Assembly (NCBI RefSeq): GCF_018977255.1
Contig: NW_024704742.1
Span: 57,662,001-57,726,000, forward strand
Length of the DNA stretch: 64,000 nt
Direction of reading: 5' to 3'
DNA from: Callorhinchus milii
Taxonomy: Eukaryota
The notes beneath the pieces are model-generated. The model was not told the DNA's origin. It was given only the letters and a program-made list of their open reading frames with translations, and did no database searches. Numbering within the stretch: position 1 is the first letter of the stretch; each line of letters opens with the position of its first letter. A program made the translations under genes and the position numbers. This document shows, piece after piece, positions 26,385 through 39,184 of the stretch.

Positions 26385-27280
26385 AACAACAAATTACATT
26401 TGTATAGCGCCTTTCACGTCAGGAGGACGTCCCAAAGCCCTGGACAATCAGGGATCTGAACCCGAGCTGGTGGTTGGGATCAGGAGGGGTGGATAGCGGG
26501 GAGGGGAGGGGTAGGAGGGTGACATAACATGTAGGAGCAGGAGTAGGCCATTCAGCCCTTCGAGCCTGCCCTGCCATTCAATCATGGCTGATCTTCGAAT
26601 CTAACTCCAGCTAATAACCTAACCCTGCCTTATCCCCATATCTCTTAATCCCTTTTGCAATAAGAAAGGCACGATCAAAGAGCAGGGTCTTGAGACGGGT
26701 CTTGATGGAGGCAAAGGAGGGGGTGAGATGGATGAACTGTGAGATGGAGTTCTAGAGAGTGGGGGCAGAGAAGCTGAAGGCCCGCCCGCCAATGGTGGGA
26801 TGGGCAAGACGGGGGATGTGAAGCAGGCTGGAGCCTACTGAGTGGAGGGAGCGGACAGGATGGTAGGTGGATAGGATGTCAGAGATGTAGGGGGGAGCAA
26901 GGCTGTGGAAGGCTTTGAAAATGAGGATCAGTATCTTGAACTGTATCCCCTGAGTGATGGCGGGGCCAATGGAGTTGGGCGAGGTTGGAGGTGATAAAGT
27001 CGTAGAACCTGGTGTGGGAGAGGATACGGGCTGCAGAGTTCTAGATAATCAATGGTAATCCATGTGTGTATGAGGGTCTCAGTGGCCTGCAGTGAGAGAC
27101 AGTGGTGGAGAAGTGCAATGTTGCAGAGGTGGGGAAAGGTGGAGTGGGTTGTGGCATGGATGTGGGGAATGAAGGACAGTTGAGGGTCAAACAGGACACC
27201 AAGGTTTCGTATTGGCTCCGTGAGGTATAGAATGCATCCATGAAGGGTGATGCTATCAGTGCCCAAGGTATGGTACTGCA
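26385..27280 (-). mobile_element. L2 LINE 3' fragment with a CR1 3' end inserted at about 26522-26660
   Basis: IRNLGVLFDPQLSF...HLCNIA; tail at 26385. The insert begins CATAACATGTAGGAGCAGGAGTAGGCCATTCAGCCC. Confidence 0.85.
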
Positions 27281-27926
27281 GGTAACATACCTACAGTATT
27301 CTGTTCCTGCTCTGCTTCCATTAATTTGAGAGTCCGTTTCATATCAATACTGGCAAACTCACTCTTTAGTGAGATTGAAGGCACTATACAACTACAGTAG
27401 TTTATTGAATGGGTTACATCCTGAGTATTAAAGGTAAGCTAAGCCTCTGTTAGTAGTGAAATCCATTACCCCAAAGGGATAGTAGCAGAGAGACTGGATT
27501 CTCGGGGTTGGAAAGTTAGAGATTCATTGCATTTCCAGAACATTCCATTCACTTAAATCATTCTCAATATCACAGCAAATCATACATCATGTTGCAGGCG
27601 ATATTTAATCATCTATCTGTACCTACCAGTATGATCTTCGATAGTTGGCTGTAAATAGATAAGGGTGAGAAACTCCTCAGATCTCTTAATGCAGCAACAT
27701 TGACAATGGGTACTAGCAGTGATAGAATCCGAGTCTTAGTACAGTGGGGTTTGGTTTGCCATATTAATAAGGAATGCCATTAGTATTCTAGTCAACACAT
27801 GGATCTTCGGTTCGGAAATAATATTCTGTAGGAGGTGAGTTCAAACAGGTCATTGTGATTTGCTTCTAATTATCAGAAAGAGCTCCCGTTTAGGTGACTT
27901 AGATTCCTTATCAAAGAAATCAAAAC

Positions 27927-28345
27927 AATAATAATCCTTGCATTTGATATCACACCTTATCACATTGCCCAGACATCTCAAAATGCTTTACAGGAAAATG
28001 TAATGACTGTATATTTAGTAGTTGAATGTAGCAGCCAAGTTGTGCACATAAATTTTCCACGAACAGCAATGAATGAATTGAATCACCAATTTTAACTACA
28101 GGATTATTCGCCAGGGCACCAGGAGGTATTCCCTTCTCTTTTAGAATAATGGCTTGAGATCTTTAATGTCCACTTGAACAGGCAGATGGGAACTTAGTTT
28201 AGCATCTCATCCAAAGGATGGCATTGCAGACATTGCAGTGCACTCCCAGGAATGGACTTGGGTGTCAGCCTAGATTGGCATAGAGCTTGAATCCACATCC
28301 TTTCACTCAGAGGCAAGAGTGCTACCAACTGAACCAGACTGACAC
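27927..28345 (-). mobile_element. Deu-type SINE, near full length, with tRNA-like head
   Basis: On the minus strand: GTGTCAGTCTGGTTCAGTTGGTAGCACTCTTGCCTCTGAG head, CCCATCTGCCTGTTCAAGTGGACATTAAAGATC core, and the shared 3' tail. Confidence 0.8.
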
Positions 28346-28460
28346 AGACACTACAAATTGGTCTCCATGTTGCTACAATTAGCCAAGCAAGGAATTTCCT
28401 CCCCTATGTGCTCAAGTTCAAAAAGAGTGCATAGTATATTCACATACCAACTATTTGCAT

Positions 28461-28680
28461 AAACTGAGAGCGCTGGGAAAACTCAGCAGGTCAGGCAGCA
28501 TCTATGGAGTAAAGAAAGTGAGTCAATATTTCGGGTCAACGACCCTTCTGATGAAGGGTCGTGGACCCGAAACGTTGACTCACTTTCGTTTCTCCATAGA
28601 TGCTGCCTGACCTGCTGAGTTTTCCCAGCTCTCTCTGTTTTTGTTTCAGATTTCTAGCATCTGCAGTATTTTGTTTTTTG
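28461..28680. mobile_element. Penelope pLTR arranged as an inverted repeat (88-bp arms, 4-nt loop)
   Basis: Left arm 28461-28548, loop TGAT, right arm 28553-28640. The right part matches 573-700. Confidence 0.85.
28546..28580 (+). ncRNA. Minimal hammerhead ribozyme core, 5' strand of stem I truncated
   Basis: CTGATGA-A-GGGTC-GTG-GACCC-GAAACGTT-GACT with intact core, stem II and ACGT palindrome. Confidence 0.6.
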
Positions 28681-30231
28681 TCCAACTATCTGCATGTCAG
28701 TTTATCTGCATCAGATTCTGATGTGGAATTGCGATTCCAGTTAAAAGAAACAGTTGTGAACATGCAGATAAGGCCCAAGCATGTGAATGACCTCAGCAGA
28801 CTGTGATCCAGTGATCCAGTAATTCAAATAAATGAATCACAAAGTAATTTTTTTAACAGATGCAGAGGCGGAGTTATGGGTGGGGGGAGGAAAAGAGAGA
28901 AAATGATAGAGAGAGCAAGAGACAGATTGAGAGAGTGAGAATGGCAAAAGGAGAGATAGAGAGAGGCTACAAAATATAATTCCTGGTTGAAGATTTTGGT
29001 GAATGTTAAATATTTTCATGGTGGCCCATTATTTGCATAGTTTCCATAACCACAATGGGGCCAACCCTAATTAGTGCAGCTATCATCCTGTAACTGCAGA
29101 GCTCAGTTACTGCCCATCGGTAATTACGTTAGGAATTTACTGATCAATAAGGATCGACAAAGGTTGAACACTGTCAAGGGCCCAGGATTTACAGAAAATG
29201 ACTACAAAGGAAAGAAATTTGGCCCTGGGCCAGGATTAAATTCAAGCTTTTAAAGGAAAACCATAGTTTTGAGTTTGTTTGAACTAATTTTGCAGGAGCC
29301 GTCTGGATTTCTGCCCTGAACTACATAAACTCCAAATGAATGCATTTTGTTAATGATCTACCGATTGTAACCATGCTTTTAAAGAAACTATATTGTGTAC
29401 GGCCTTTATACTGCTTTCATTTAAATAAAAAAACAATATCTATGGATAATAAACACACTTATCCTGTACATCACACATTTTGGCTATTAGCATTTGACTT
29501 GTGTAAATCATTTTGTCTGCGGATTAGATTTATAGCAGACATTAATTGTTTTCATTATTGCTCGCAGCAATCTACTTCATGCAGCTTCTTGCAACTCATT
29601 ATTAAACTGTAATATCTGACATTTTTGTACAGTCGGGATAATTTATATCCCACATTTTTTTTCCCCAAGGAGACAAAAAACAGAACTTGCCCTCACCAGT
29701 CCACATCATTGTGCATAAGTTCCCAATCGCCAGTAAGGAATTTAAGAACTTAAAGGTGGTTAAGGTTTACTGATCAGAAAACATTCTTCACTGCTGTGCC
29801 GGTGATTAATTTTACTGAAATATTTCATTAGCCAACAGTGCTGCTTTGTTCTCACCCTTTCCTATAGAAAAAAAGGTCTTATCTTGAGCATTAAGTGGTT
29901 TTCTGAACTGCAATTTACTGCTTCTATTTTCTGCTGCAGTACAATTACTGCAAAGAAATTGGCCAGCCTCTCACACTCCTTTGAAAACTCAAAGAACTGC
30001 TCACAATGGAATTAATTTTTTGCATAAAGCAATTTATCCTCACTCTCTGAAACTTGATCAGAGATTCCCTACAACTCATCCCCTCCCTCCTCACTTTCAA
30101 AGTCCACCTCAATACTTATCTCTTTGATCGCACTTTTAGTCAACTCCTTTACCCTTTCCCCACAACTCAGGTGCCCAGCCAGCTGTGTATAGTGCTTCGA
30201 GATGTTCTCCTGAGATGAAAGGCACTATTTT

Positions 30232-30430
30232 TTGGGGGGTCAGCTGGATGTCTGACACATGCGGAACCATCATCATGCTTAAGGGTTTCCAAACCAAACT
30301 GAGCATCCCACCTACACATGGAAATCCCAGAGATAGATTGTTGGAATGGAATGCACACTCTCCCTGGAGGGATGCATCCTGCTTACATAAGTAGGCACAG
30401 GGTGACAAGAGCCAAGGCTTGGGTAGCCCA
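30232..30430 (-). repeat. Unclassified interspersed repeat (copy C), 3' part
   Basis: Reverse complement of about 39445-39665. Confidence 0.75.
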
Positions 30431-30661
30431 GAATAACAAAGACGATCAAAGGCATTACATAAATACAAATTATATTGTATTATAACAGCTTTGGGTCAAT
30501 TTCACTTTTGTGATTTGAGTATGACTCATTTGATAACACTTTTGTCTATGTTGTTTCGGCCTTGAACTAGCAGACTAGGCTGATACTCCCGTGCAGTAAT
30601 GGGAGTACTGCATTGCCAGAAGTGGCATCTGAAGGATGAAACAAACTGAGGTCCTATCTAC

Positions 30662-30880
30662 AATAATAATAATCCTTGCATTTGATATAGCGCTTTACAC
30701 ATCTAGACGTCTCAAAGCGCTTCACAGAATATGCTGTAAAGTGAATTGACTGTATATTTGTGGGCAAAACACAGCAGCCAATTGCACACAGCAGTGTCTC
30801 ACAAACAGTCGTGGATTGAAGTGAACAATTTCTTATTGTTTATTAGGGATTATTATTAGGCGTGTGGAGAAAGGAAACTT
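30662..30880 (-). mobile_element. Young SINE, 5'-truncated, nested in a Deu-type SINE (about 30540-31250)
   Basis: Tail and body match the young family. The flanks carry Deu-core pieces. Confidence 0.8.
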
Positions 30881-32003
30881 AAAATCTTACTGCAAATTCC
30901 AATGAACAAGCGTAACATTTACAGATAGCATTTTAAATTCTGATTTTCACCTTCAACAATTTTTTATATGTTATGTTTTATAGATGAATGTGGCATATCT
31001 GTCTGTTCTTCAGGTGGGCATTAAAGATACAAAAACTATTTGAAGAGAGAATGGAATTTCTCTAGGCCTTCTGAGAACAACTTTCTAAATTAATTGGTCA
31101 TTCACCTCATTTTTAGCCCTTTCTGTGCGTAATATGGTGTTCATGTTTTGCTCCAAAAAGAGTCGCTACATTTCACAGTATTTACTATAAAATGTTTCAA
31201 GACATTCAACTTAATAAGGTGCTATAAAGGTGCAAGTTTCTTCTTTGGATGCGTGTTATCCTGTATAAACTTTCACTTTCAGAAGGAGTCCCAAGTGTCC
31301 AAAGTGCACAGATAAAATGTATCTCTTTAACCGTGCTTCAGATCATTTTCTCCCATCATTTCTGATCCGCAGCTCACATGCCCAGGCAGCAATGTCAAGT
31401 GCTTTGAGACATCCTCCTGATATAAAAAGCGCTGTATATGTAGATTGTATAAGTCATCATATCAAGTACTTTCAGTCATTCATAAAAGTCAGGCTTGTGG
31501 GGATAAATATATGCACAATGAAGAAAAGCATCATTGCATGGTATTTGATGACTTCTGGAGTGAAGCATCAGCCTCACATTGGACTGAGACTGACACTATG
31601 TTAGTTCTCTATAAGATCACCACTATGGGTACGTTTTGTGCCTTCCTGCACACTGGGCATGTCTTGGTGTTAGTTTCAGATCCCTAAACCAATAATTATA
31701 ACTCAACTTCAAGCATTCCAGGGTTACAAGAGCAAACAGAAGGATGGTTAGTTTGGAATGGCTGAGTGATATACACTGAACATATGTTATCCTTGGCCCA
31801 TGTTTGTAACATAGCAGGAACAGCTTATCACCTGCTATGGGAACACATTTGGGAGGATGCAATTGAGAAGACAGAAGTGCAGCCCCATTACATTAATGGC
31901 ATCATCACTACTATATGGTGGAGCATTTTTTAAAAAAAAAATTGCTTTCAATGTTTCAGTGCCTTGGGATGTCCTCCTGACGTGAAAGGCGCTTTATCAT
32001 AAC

Positions 32004-32308
32004 AATAATAATCCTTGCATTTGATATAGTGCTTTTCACGTCTTCTAGATGTCTCAAAGCACTTCACAGAATAGACTGTAAAGTAAATTGACTGTATATT
32101 AGAGGGTGGCAGCCAATTGCATACAGCAGTGTCCCACAAACAGTTGTGGATTGAAGCGACCAATTTATCATTTTTTTATTTTCTTGAGGGATTATTATCA
32201 GGCGTGTGGAGCAAGGAAACTTGCCCAAGGTTTCACCCTGCCGGGAATCGAACCCAGGTCTCTTGCTTGCAAAGCGAGTGCTCTAACCACTGAGCTACAG
32301 GATTCCAC
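32004..32308 (-). mobile_element. Young tRNA-Ala-derived SINE, full length
   Basis: Head ...GAGCTACAGGATTCCAC at 32308; tail at 32004. Confidence 0.9.
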
Positions 32309-32329
32309 AGATTTATAAATGGCAATGTT

Positions 32330-33488
32330 AATCAAGGATACGGTTATAGCCGTGGAAAGGGTCGAAGTGCTGGAGGGAATTTATCTGGTTAGAGTTAAGG
32401 AACAAAAAAGGAGCTGTTACGCTGGTAGGGGTATACTATAGACCAGCAAATAGTGGGAAGGAAATAGATGAGCAGATCTGCAAGCAGATCTCAGACAGAT
32501 GCAAGACCAATAGTGTTGTGATAATAGGGGACTTTAATTATCCCAACATAGACTGGCAAAACAACAGCGCAAAGGGCAAGGAGGGGGAAAGATTCCTAAA
32601 ATGCATACAGGACAACTTTCTTGATCAGTATGCTTCCAGCCCAACAAGGAAGGAAGCAGTACTCAATCTAGTTCTGGGGAATGAAGTAGGGCAAGTGGAA
32701 CAGGTTTCAGTGGGAGAGCATCTGGGCAATAGTGATCATAACATCATTAGATTCAGAGTGCATATGGAAATAGACAAGGAACCATCTAAGGTGAAGATAC
32801 TCAACTGGAGGAGGGCAAATTTCAGTGAGTTAAAAAGGGACCTAGCCAAGGTGGACTGGAAAGAAAGATTGGCAGGTAAAACAACTGAAGAGCTGTGGGA
32901 AGTCTTCAAGGATGAGATAGCTCGGGGACAGAATAAATACATTCCCACAAAAGGGAAAAGTAGGGCATCCAAACCTCCCTGGATGACGGAGGTAATTGTA
33001 TCTAGAATGAAGCAGAAAAAGGAGGCGTATGACAAATGTCAAACCAAAGACACAGAAGACAACCAAATAGAATATAGGAAGTGCAGAAGAGGTTTGAAAA
33101 AGGAAATAAGAGGGGCAAAAAGATTATACGAAAAAAGGTTAGTGGGTAACATTAAAGGGAATTCTAAAATATTTTACAAACATATCAAGAAAAAAAGTTA
33201 GTCAAAGGTAGGGCGGGGCCAATTAAGGACCCAGGCGGAAATCTTATTGTGGAGGCAGAGGGCATGGCTGATGTACTGAATGAGTACTTTGCATCAGTCT
33301 TCACAAAAGAAGTGGATGCACCAAATGCCGCAGTATCGGAGGAGAGGGTAGAGGAAATGGATAGGATAAGTATACACAGAAAGGAAGTACTGAAAAGGTT
33401 GACTGCGCTGAAGGTAGATAAGTCGCCCGGTCGGGATGCAACCAAGGTTACTATAGGAGGCAAGGGTACAAATAGCAGAGGCTTTGGC
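32330..33488 (+). mobile_element. CR1 LINE ORF2 internal fragment (APE endonuclease C-terminus and tether), disrupted
   Basis: GVYYRP...IIGDFNYPNIDW...PTRKEAVLNLVL...HLGNSDHNII...KPPWMT...FYKHI*...LNEYFASVFT...KSPGRD; stop at 33199-33201. Confidence 0.95.
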
Positions 33489-33490
33489 TA

Positions 33491-34044
33491 CAATCCAGGC
33501 TTGATTATGCAAACTCCCTGCTTGTCAGCCTGCCCAACTACTGCCGCCATAGGCTGCAGATCATCCAGAACTCTGCAGCCCGTGTCCGCTCCCGCAACAG
33601 GCTCCATGACCCTATCACCCCTATTCTCACTTGACTCCACTGGCTTCTCATCACACAGAGGAAACAATTCAAGATCCTGGTCCTCAGCTTCAAAGCCCTT
33701 CATGGCCTTGCTCTCCCCTACCTCTGTGACCTCCTAACCCCCTACCAACCTGCCCACTCCCTCCGCTCAGTGGGCACCGGCTTGCTTCACATCCCCTGCC
33801 TTGCCAGCCCCAACAATGGCGAGCGAGCTTTCTGCCACTCACCCTCGAACTCCATCTCATAGTCCCTCTGCTTGCCCCTTCCCTTGCCTCCTTCAAGATC
33901 CATCTCAAGATCCTCCTCTTCGACTGTGCCTTTGATCACTATCCTTCCCTCTGTGCCCTACACACTTCCTGATCTCGACCCCCAAACACTGATTGTCCAG
34001 CGCCTTGGGACGTCTTCCCCACATGAAAGCCACTATACACATGT
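33491..34044 (+). mobile_element. L2 LINE 3' fragment
   Basis: RLDYANSL...IQNSAARV...LHWL remnants and 3' stem-loop; lacks the (TTG)n tail. Confidence 0.88.
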
Positions 34045-34047
34045 AGC

Positions 34048-34352
34048 TCCTGTAGCTCAGTGGTTAGAGCACTCACCTCGCAAGCAAGAGACCTGGGTTC
34101 GATTCCCCACAGGGTGAAACCTTGGGCGAGGTTCCTTACTCCACTTGCCTGATAATAATCTCTCAAGAAAAACAAAACAAAAATTGGTCACTTCAATCCA
34201 TGACTGTTTGTGGGACACTACTGTGCGGAATTGGCTGCCATGTTTCACCCACAATTATACAGTCAATTCACTTTACAGTATATTCTGTGAAGCGCTTTGA
34301 GACATCTCGAAGACGTGATGAGACACTATATCAAATGCAAGGATTATTATTA
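34048..34352 (+). mobile_element. tRNA-Ala-derived SINE, full length
   Basis: TCCTGTAGCTCAGTGGTTAGAGCAC head through (TTA)n tail. Confidence 0.9.
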
Positions 34353-36689
34353 ATATCTCTCTTCCATGACCGTCTATTCCCTTCTCCCTCCTGTATGCAT
34401 CAAGTTTCCTCTTGTATTCATTGATACTTTCTGCTTCAACCACAGCTTCCACATTTTCTCACTCTTTGTGTAAAGAAGATATCTAAGGAGTCGAATGGTT
34501 ATTTGTAGCTTCTCAACCAAATCCAAATCTTTTTACTACCAGGACTGATGTCATTCAACAGTATAAACTGGATATATATTGGTAAAGTCACTCAGGGTCC
34601 CAAGAATAGCTGCAGTGAGGAAATGAAATACAGTTTTCATGAAGGTGGAGACCATGGCTTTTGAGGTTACAGCTAATCTGAACAAAAATCCATTTAAGGA
34701 AGCTGCACCCTAAATTTCAAACCATGGTACATGCCACTGAATGTGATGGAATTTGGCATTCATAGATCAATAGGTGGCTTTGTTTTTGAGACATTGTGCA
34801 ACATTTCTCATTTTGACCATTTTAAAAATGTTCCAATTTGCACGAACAATAAAGAGCACAAAAGAGAATAAAACACTCTGCTACATTAAATTTTGTAATC
34901 AATTGAGAGGAGACTGTTATTTTCCTATCAGTTTTAGAAAAAACAACAACTTGCACTTATATAGCAGGCGGCGTCTCAAAGCGCATAACAATGGTGGAAC
35001 CCAAGGCTGAGCCAGGGGAAGGGGGAAGGTGACCATAGGCGCAGTTGAAAAGGAAGAACTTCAGGCAAGACCTGACGATGGGGATGGAGGGGGACATGCA
35101 AAGATAAGCAATGGACCATCTCAGACCTCACAACCAATATGCTCACCCAGATTGTTTTACATAATGGCAGGCAGACAAATCAGACATGTTCCCTTGCACA
35201 TCCTGGAAACTAACCCCGTTTCCTTAAGCAATCAAGCATGTCAAACACAAAATGCTATTGAGATAAGACACAAAGACTTGAATGACACACCGTTCAATCC
35301 CAGTCTAACCCTTCTGATCATTTTCACTTTATTCATCTTATTTAGAAAACAGCACATGTAGGCAATCTTAGCCAGAAAGATTAGTAGTTCATAAGCATGC
35401 CAATCTATTTTAGTGTTGCTATATTTTATATTTTAAATCCCTTAAATTTAAATCCCTTTCATATTGGGATATTTCATATTTAAAATATTTGAAATGTATT
35501 CATATTGATTCCCAATCAATATGTGTAATATAAGACAATTTCATGCAGGCTTCCTGAAATTTTTCTTGCACTGTAATGATTGTTTAATTGAACATTCTTA
35601 TTACAAGGTGCACCCTCACAGTTGCTTTGCGTGCAGGACTCTACCGATCTATAACTTCCCAATTTCTCTTCCACAATTTTAGCTCCATTGACATTTCTTT
35701 ACTTCATCCAATAATTCATGTGAATCAAAAACAGCATTATACTGAATTTCAATTTAATTTTTGTTGAATTTGTTCTAACTAAAGGTCAGTTTCTGATGAA
35801 AAAGATTTAACATTTTATGATTGATACCTATTCTTATTGTTTAAATAGAATAGATCATTTTATATAATTACTATTGCATTGTATTTAACAAGAATAGGTA
35901 ACAATAAATGGGAATTTATTTTTCTTTCCTTTTTTTGTACTTTTTGTTGTGTTCTCCTTTAAAGTAGTAACACAAGGTAATAATTGTGGCCTGCAAATCT
36001 GATATACTTGAAACTGGTCCGTGGATGATTGTCATACATATCCATTAGTGTTAGAAGACCCTTTTCCCCTGCTTTCAAAACAAAATCAGTCTATAACTCT
36101 CTCTTTGACTGTACCCCCCCACCACTTAGTTAATGTCAGTTTGAACCAGTTTATCAATGTAATAATTTTCACTGATAATTATTTGATGTGGCATTGGTCA
36201 CACATTCTACCACAGGCCTTGGTAAGCTTTCAAGGATTCATTGGAGTTGTGATAACTTTCCTCCCTGAAATATCCAACTTCAGAATATTTATTTAAGAGA
36301 TTAGAATATTTGTCAAATAATGCTCAATAATTAACAAAAAAAATTATTACACAAATCAAATTTGTGGGCTTTCCCACATATATTTCCATAAAAAAATACA
36401 AGTCCTTAATTATGTCAGATTTCCAATGAGCTAAAGAAAAGTATTATTTCACAAAAGAGCAAGCTTATGGTTGAAATTGAAGTTAAAATTGATGAAAATA
36501 TTCAGTATGACAAAGCCACCTCTTCTTACAGTTCCTTTACTGCTGGTCCAGGTAAAACCTCTTGTGGTAAATTAAAGCACTTGCGATCAGTAGTAGCTGC
36601 AGTTGCGCGTGGTCCACAATTAAATATTTTCAGTAGGTATGCATTAAACTTATGAAATGAGCAGCATTGGTTTACTATTCAGTGAGTGA

Positions 36690-37212
36690 CTTGCACAACT
36701 CGATTCCCAGGTGGGGCAATATCTTAGGCAAGTTTCCTTATTCCACAGCCCTCTTTTTATCCAGCAGAAAGTAGGAATTGATTGCTAGCCGATTGATGAT
36801 CGCTTTCCAGGGATAATAATCCCTTCAAAACAGTAAATAAATAAATAATAATTTGCTCTCTCAAACCATGACCGTTTGTGGGACACTACTGTGTGCAATT
36901 GGCTGCCATATTTTGGCCACAAAATGCAGTCACTATAATAATAATAATAATAATCCTTGCATTTGATATAGCGTTTTTCACGTCAGGAGGACATCCCAAA
37001 GCGCTTCACAGAATATACTGTAAAGTGAATTGACTGTATATTTGTGGGCGAACGCGGCAGCCAATTGCGCACAGCAATGTCCCACAAACAGTCGTAGATT
37101 GAAAATGACCAATTTATTATTGTTTCACTTTATATTCTGTGAATCGCTTTGAGACGTCTCAACGACGTGATAAGGCGTTATATCAAATGCAAGGATTATT
37201 ATTTTTATTATT
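36690..37212 (+). mobile_element. Older long-form SINE (+) with a young SINE 3' half inserted in reverse at about 36936-37124
   Basis: The host SINE reads through CAGTCACT|...|TTCACTTTA across the insert. Confidence 0.85.
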
Positions 37213-38584
37213 TACTGTAATGTCTCTTTTTTAAAAAAAGATGTAGAGTTTACTCTTTGACTATAGAGAAACGGATAAAAATTGGAGAAACATAAAAGAA
37301 CACTTTGGTAAATAATAATTCTTGCATTTCACGTAGTGTTTTTTATGTCAGGAGGATGTCTCAAAGCACTTCACAGGATTCGCTGTAAAGTGTAGCAACC
37401 CTGTATTTGTAGACAAACGCAAATACATACTGGTAAAAGACTGATCAGGAGTTTGGAGTCCTGGATTTATCTAGTCATCAAAGGAAAATATAAACATTTA
37501 ATTTAATAGGTCTCTTGCACACTGCGTGTAAAGGTGCACATCCAGTGCTTCAAGACTCCAGTATGCTGCTTTTATATTGCATCTGCTCCACCAGTGGACA
37601 GCTGCACTTTCAGCCACCACGCCCCGAAACTCTGGAACTCTGTCTCATTCCTCTGCCTTGCCCCATCTTTCCCCATCTTCCAATCACATCTGAGGACCTT
37701 TCGCTTCGACCGTGCTCAACGTAAATCTCAGTCACTGTTAAATACTCTGATCGCTACCCCGTGTGAAGGGCGCTATATAAATACAAGTTTGTGTTGCTGT
37801 AGCTGGAGAGAGAGAAAAAAAATGACATTTTGACCCCTGACTTGAGTTTTCAGAATCCCCCACCCAAAATCTGCCAAACTTCACTTGCTGACCACTGAAG
37901 TATGATTACAACTGAGGGCGACAACATCAGAAGTAAATTAATTGGCTTTTGTGAAAGATGTGATGAACAAAGCATCAAAAAACAAGACTCCTGATAATGT
38001 AACAAAACCTATAGTGTAGTACAACAACAACAACATGCATTTATATAGTGCCCATCATGTGGAGCATACAGTAACCTCAACTGAATTTACTAAATCCGAC
38101 AGCTATTTTTGACAGTATTTCAACCGTCTTTAAGCAACTTCTGTGAACAATTTATTTTTAAAAGGAAAATAAACACTTGCTGTGTTATATAAACTATTTA
38201 ATTGTTTATTTTTCTTTTTTTGACATATTTTATAATTTGCAAATATCTGTCAGGACAAATATTGTCCCTCTGCAATTCTCTGTACTATGTCCTTGGAAGA
38301 AAACCAAAATTGTTTTGGATGACAGCCAAGTGGAAACTCACAGTACAATTTCCTTTGCTTTGAATTTCTGCTTGTTTTGATGTGTTTAACACAGACAAAA
38401 TATTGCCCAAGATATTGGCCATTTCCTTCAATTATATTCAAATTTCACACTCCTTCCTCCAAATCAAGTGAAATGTTGAATTTTAGCTTCCTTGACAAGA
38501 GTCTCCTGGAATTATGACCCTGTGACTTCCTGCATGAAAATTCACAGCATTGTCAAATTGCATATTTTCCACTACATCTCTTGT

Positions 38585-38955
38585 ACCCCCTACCTACCTG
38601 CCCGTACCCTCCGTTCCTCTGGCTCCGGTCTGCTTCACGTCCCCCGCCCCAACCGCCCTACCATCAGTGGTCGGGCCTTCAGCCTCTCAGCCCCCAGGCT
38701 CTGGAACTCCATCCCCCAGTGCCTTCGCCTTGCTTCTTCCCTTTCCTCCTTCAAGGCCGGTCTCAAAACCTTTCTCTTTGACCGTGCCTTCAGCTCCCCT
38801 CTCGACTCTCTTCCCCCTCCTCGCTCCCTCCCTTCCCTCCCCTCACCCTGACCATTTCCCCCCTGCTCGGGTCATGACCCAACTGTGCAGCGCCTTGGGA
38901 CGTCCTCCTGACGTGAAAGGCGCTTTATAAATGGAATCTTGTTGTTGTTGTTGTT
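38585..38955 (+). mobile_element. L2 LINE 3' end, young subfamily
   Basis: Nearly identical to 11295-11711; (TTG)n tail. Confidence 0.92.
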
Positions 38956-39184
38956 GTATGTAAATAGTTTGCTAAGAATGAATAGGATTTGCAGCACCAT
39001 TTGGCCCATCCAATCTGCATCGTCTCTCAGAGCAAGCTTTTCTTTTAATGCCACTGGCCTCCCATATTTCCTTACCGCTTCAAACCTTTCTTTCATGTCT
39101 TTCGTCTGGAAGCCGTGGTAAGAGAACGAGGTAGGCAAACGGGTCTCCATCGAGCTGAATTGGCTCGAAGGTGATGTGCGATCT

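Noticed and set aside
32518..33201. 227-aa ORF as a host gene
   Set aside because: Internal piece of CR1 ORF2 with a premature stop and no RT domain.
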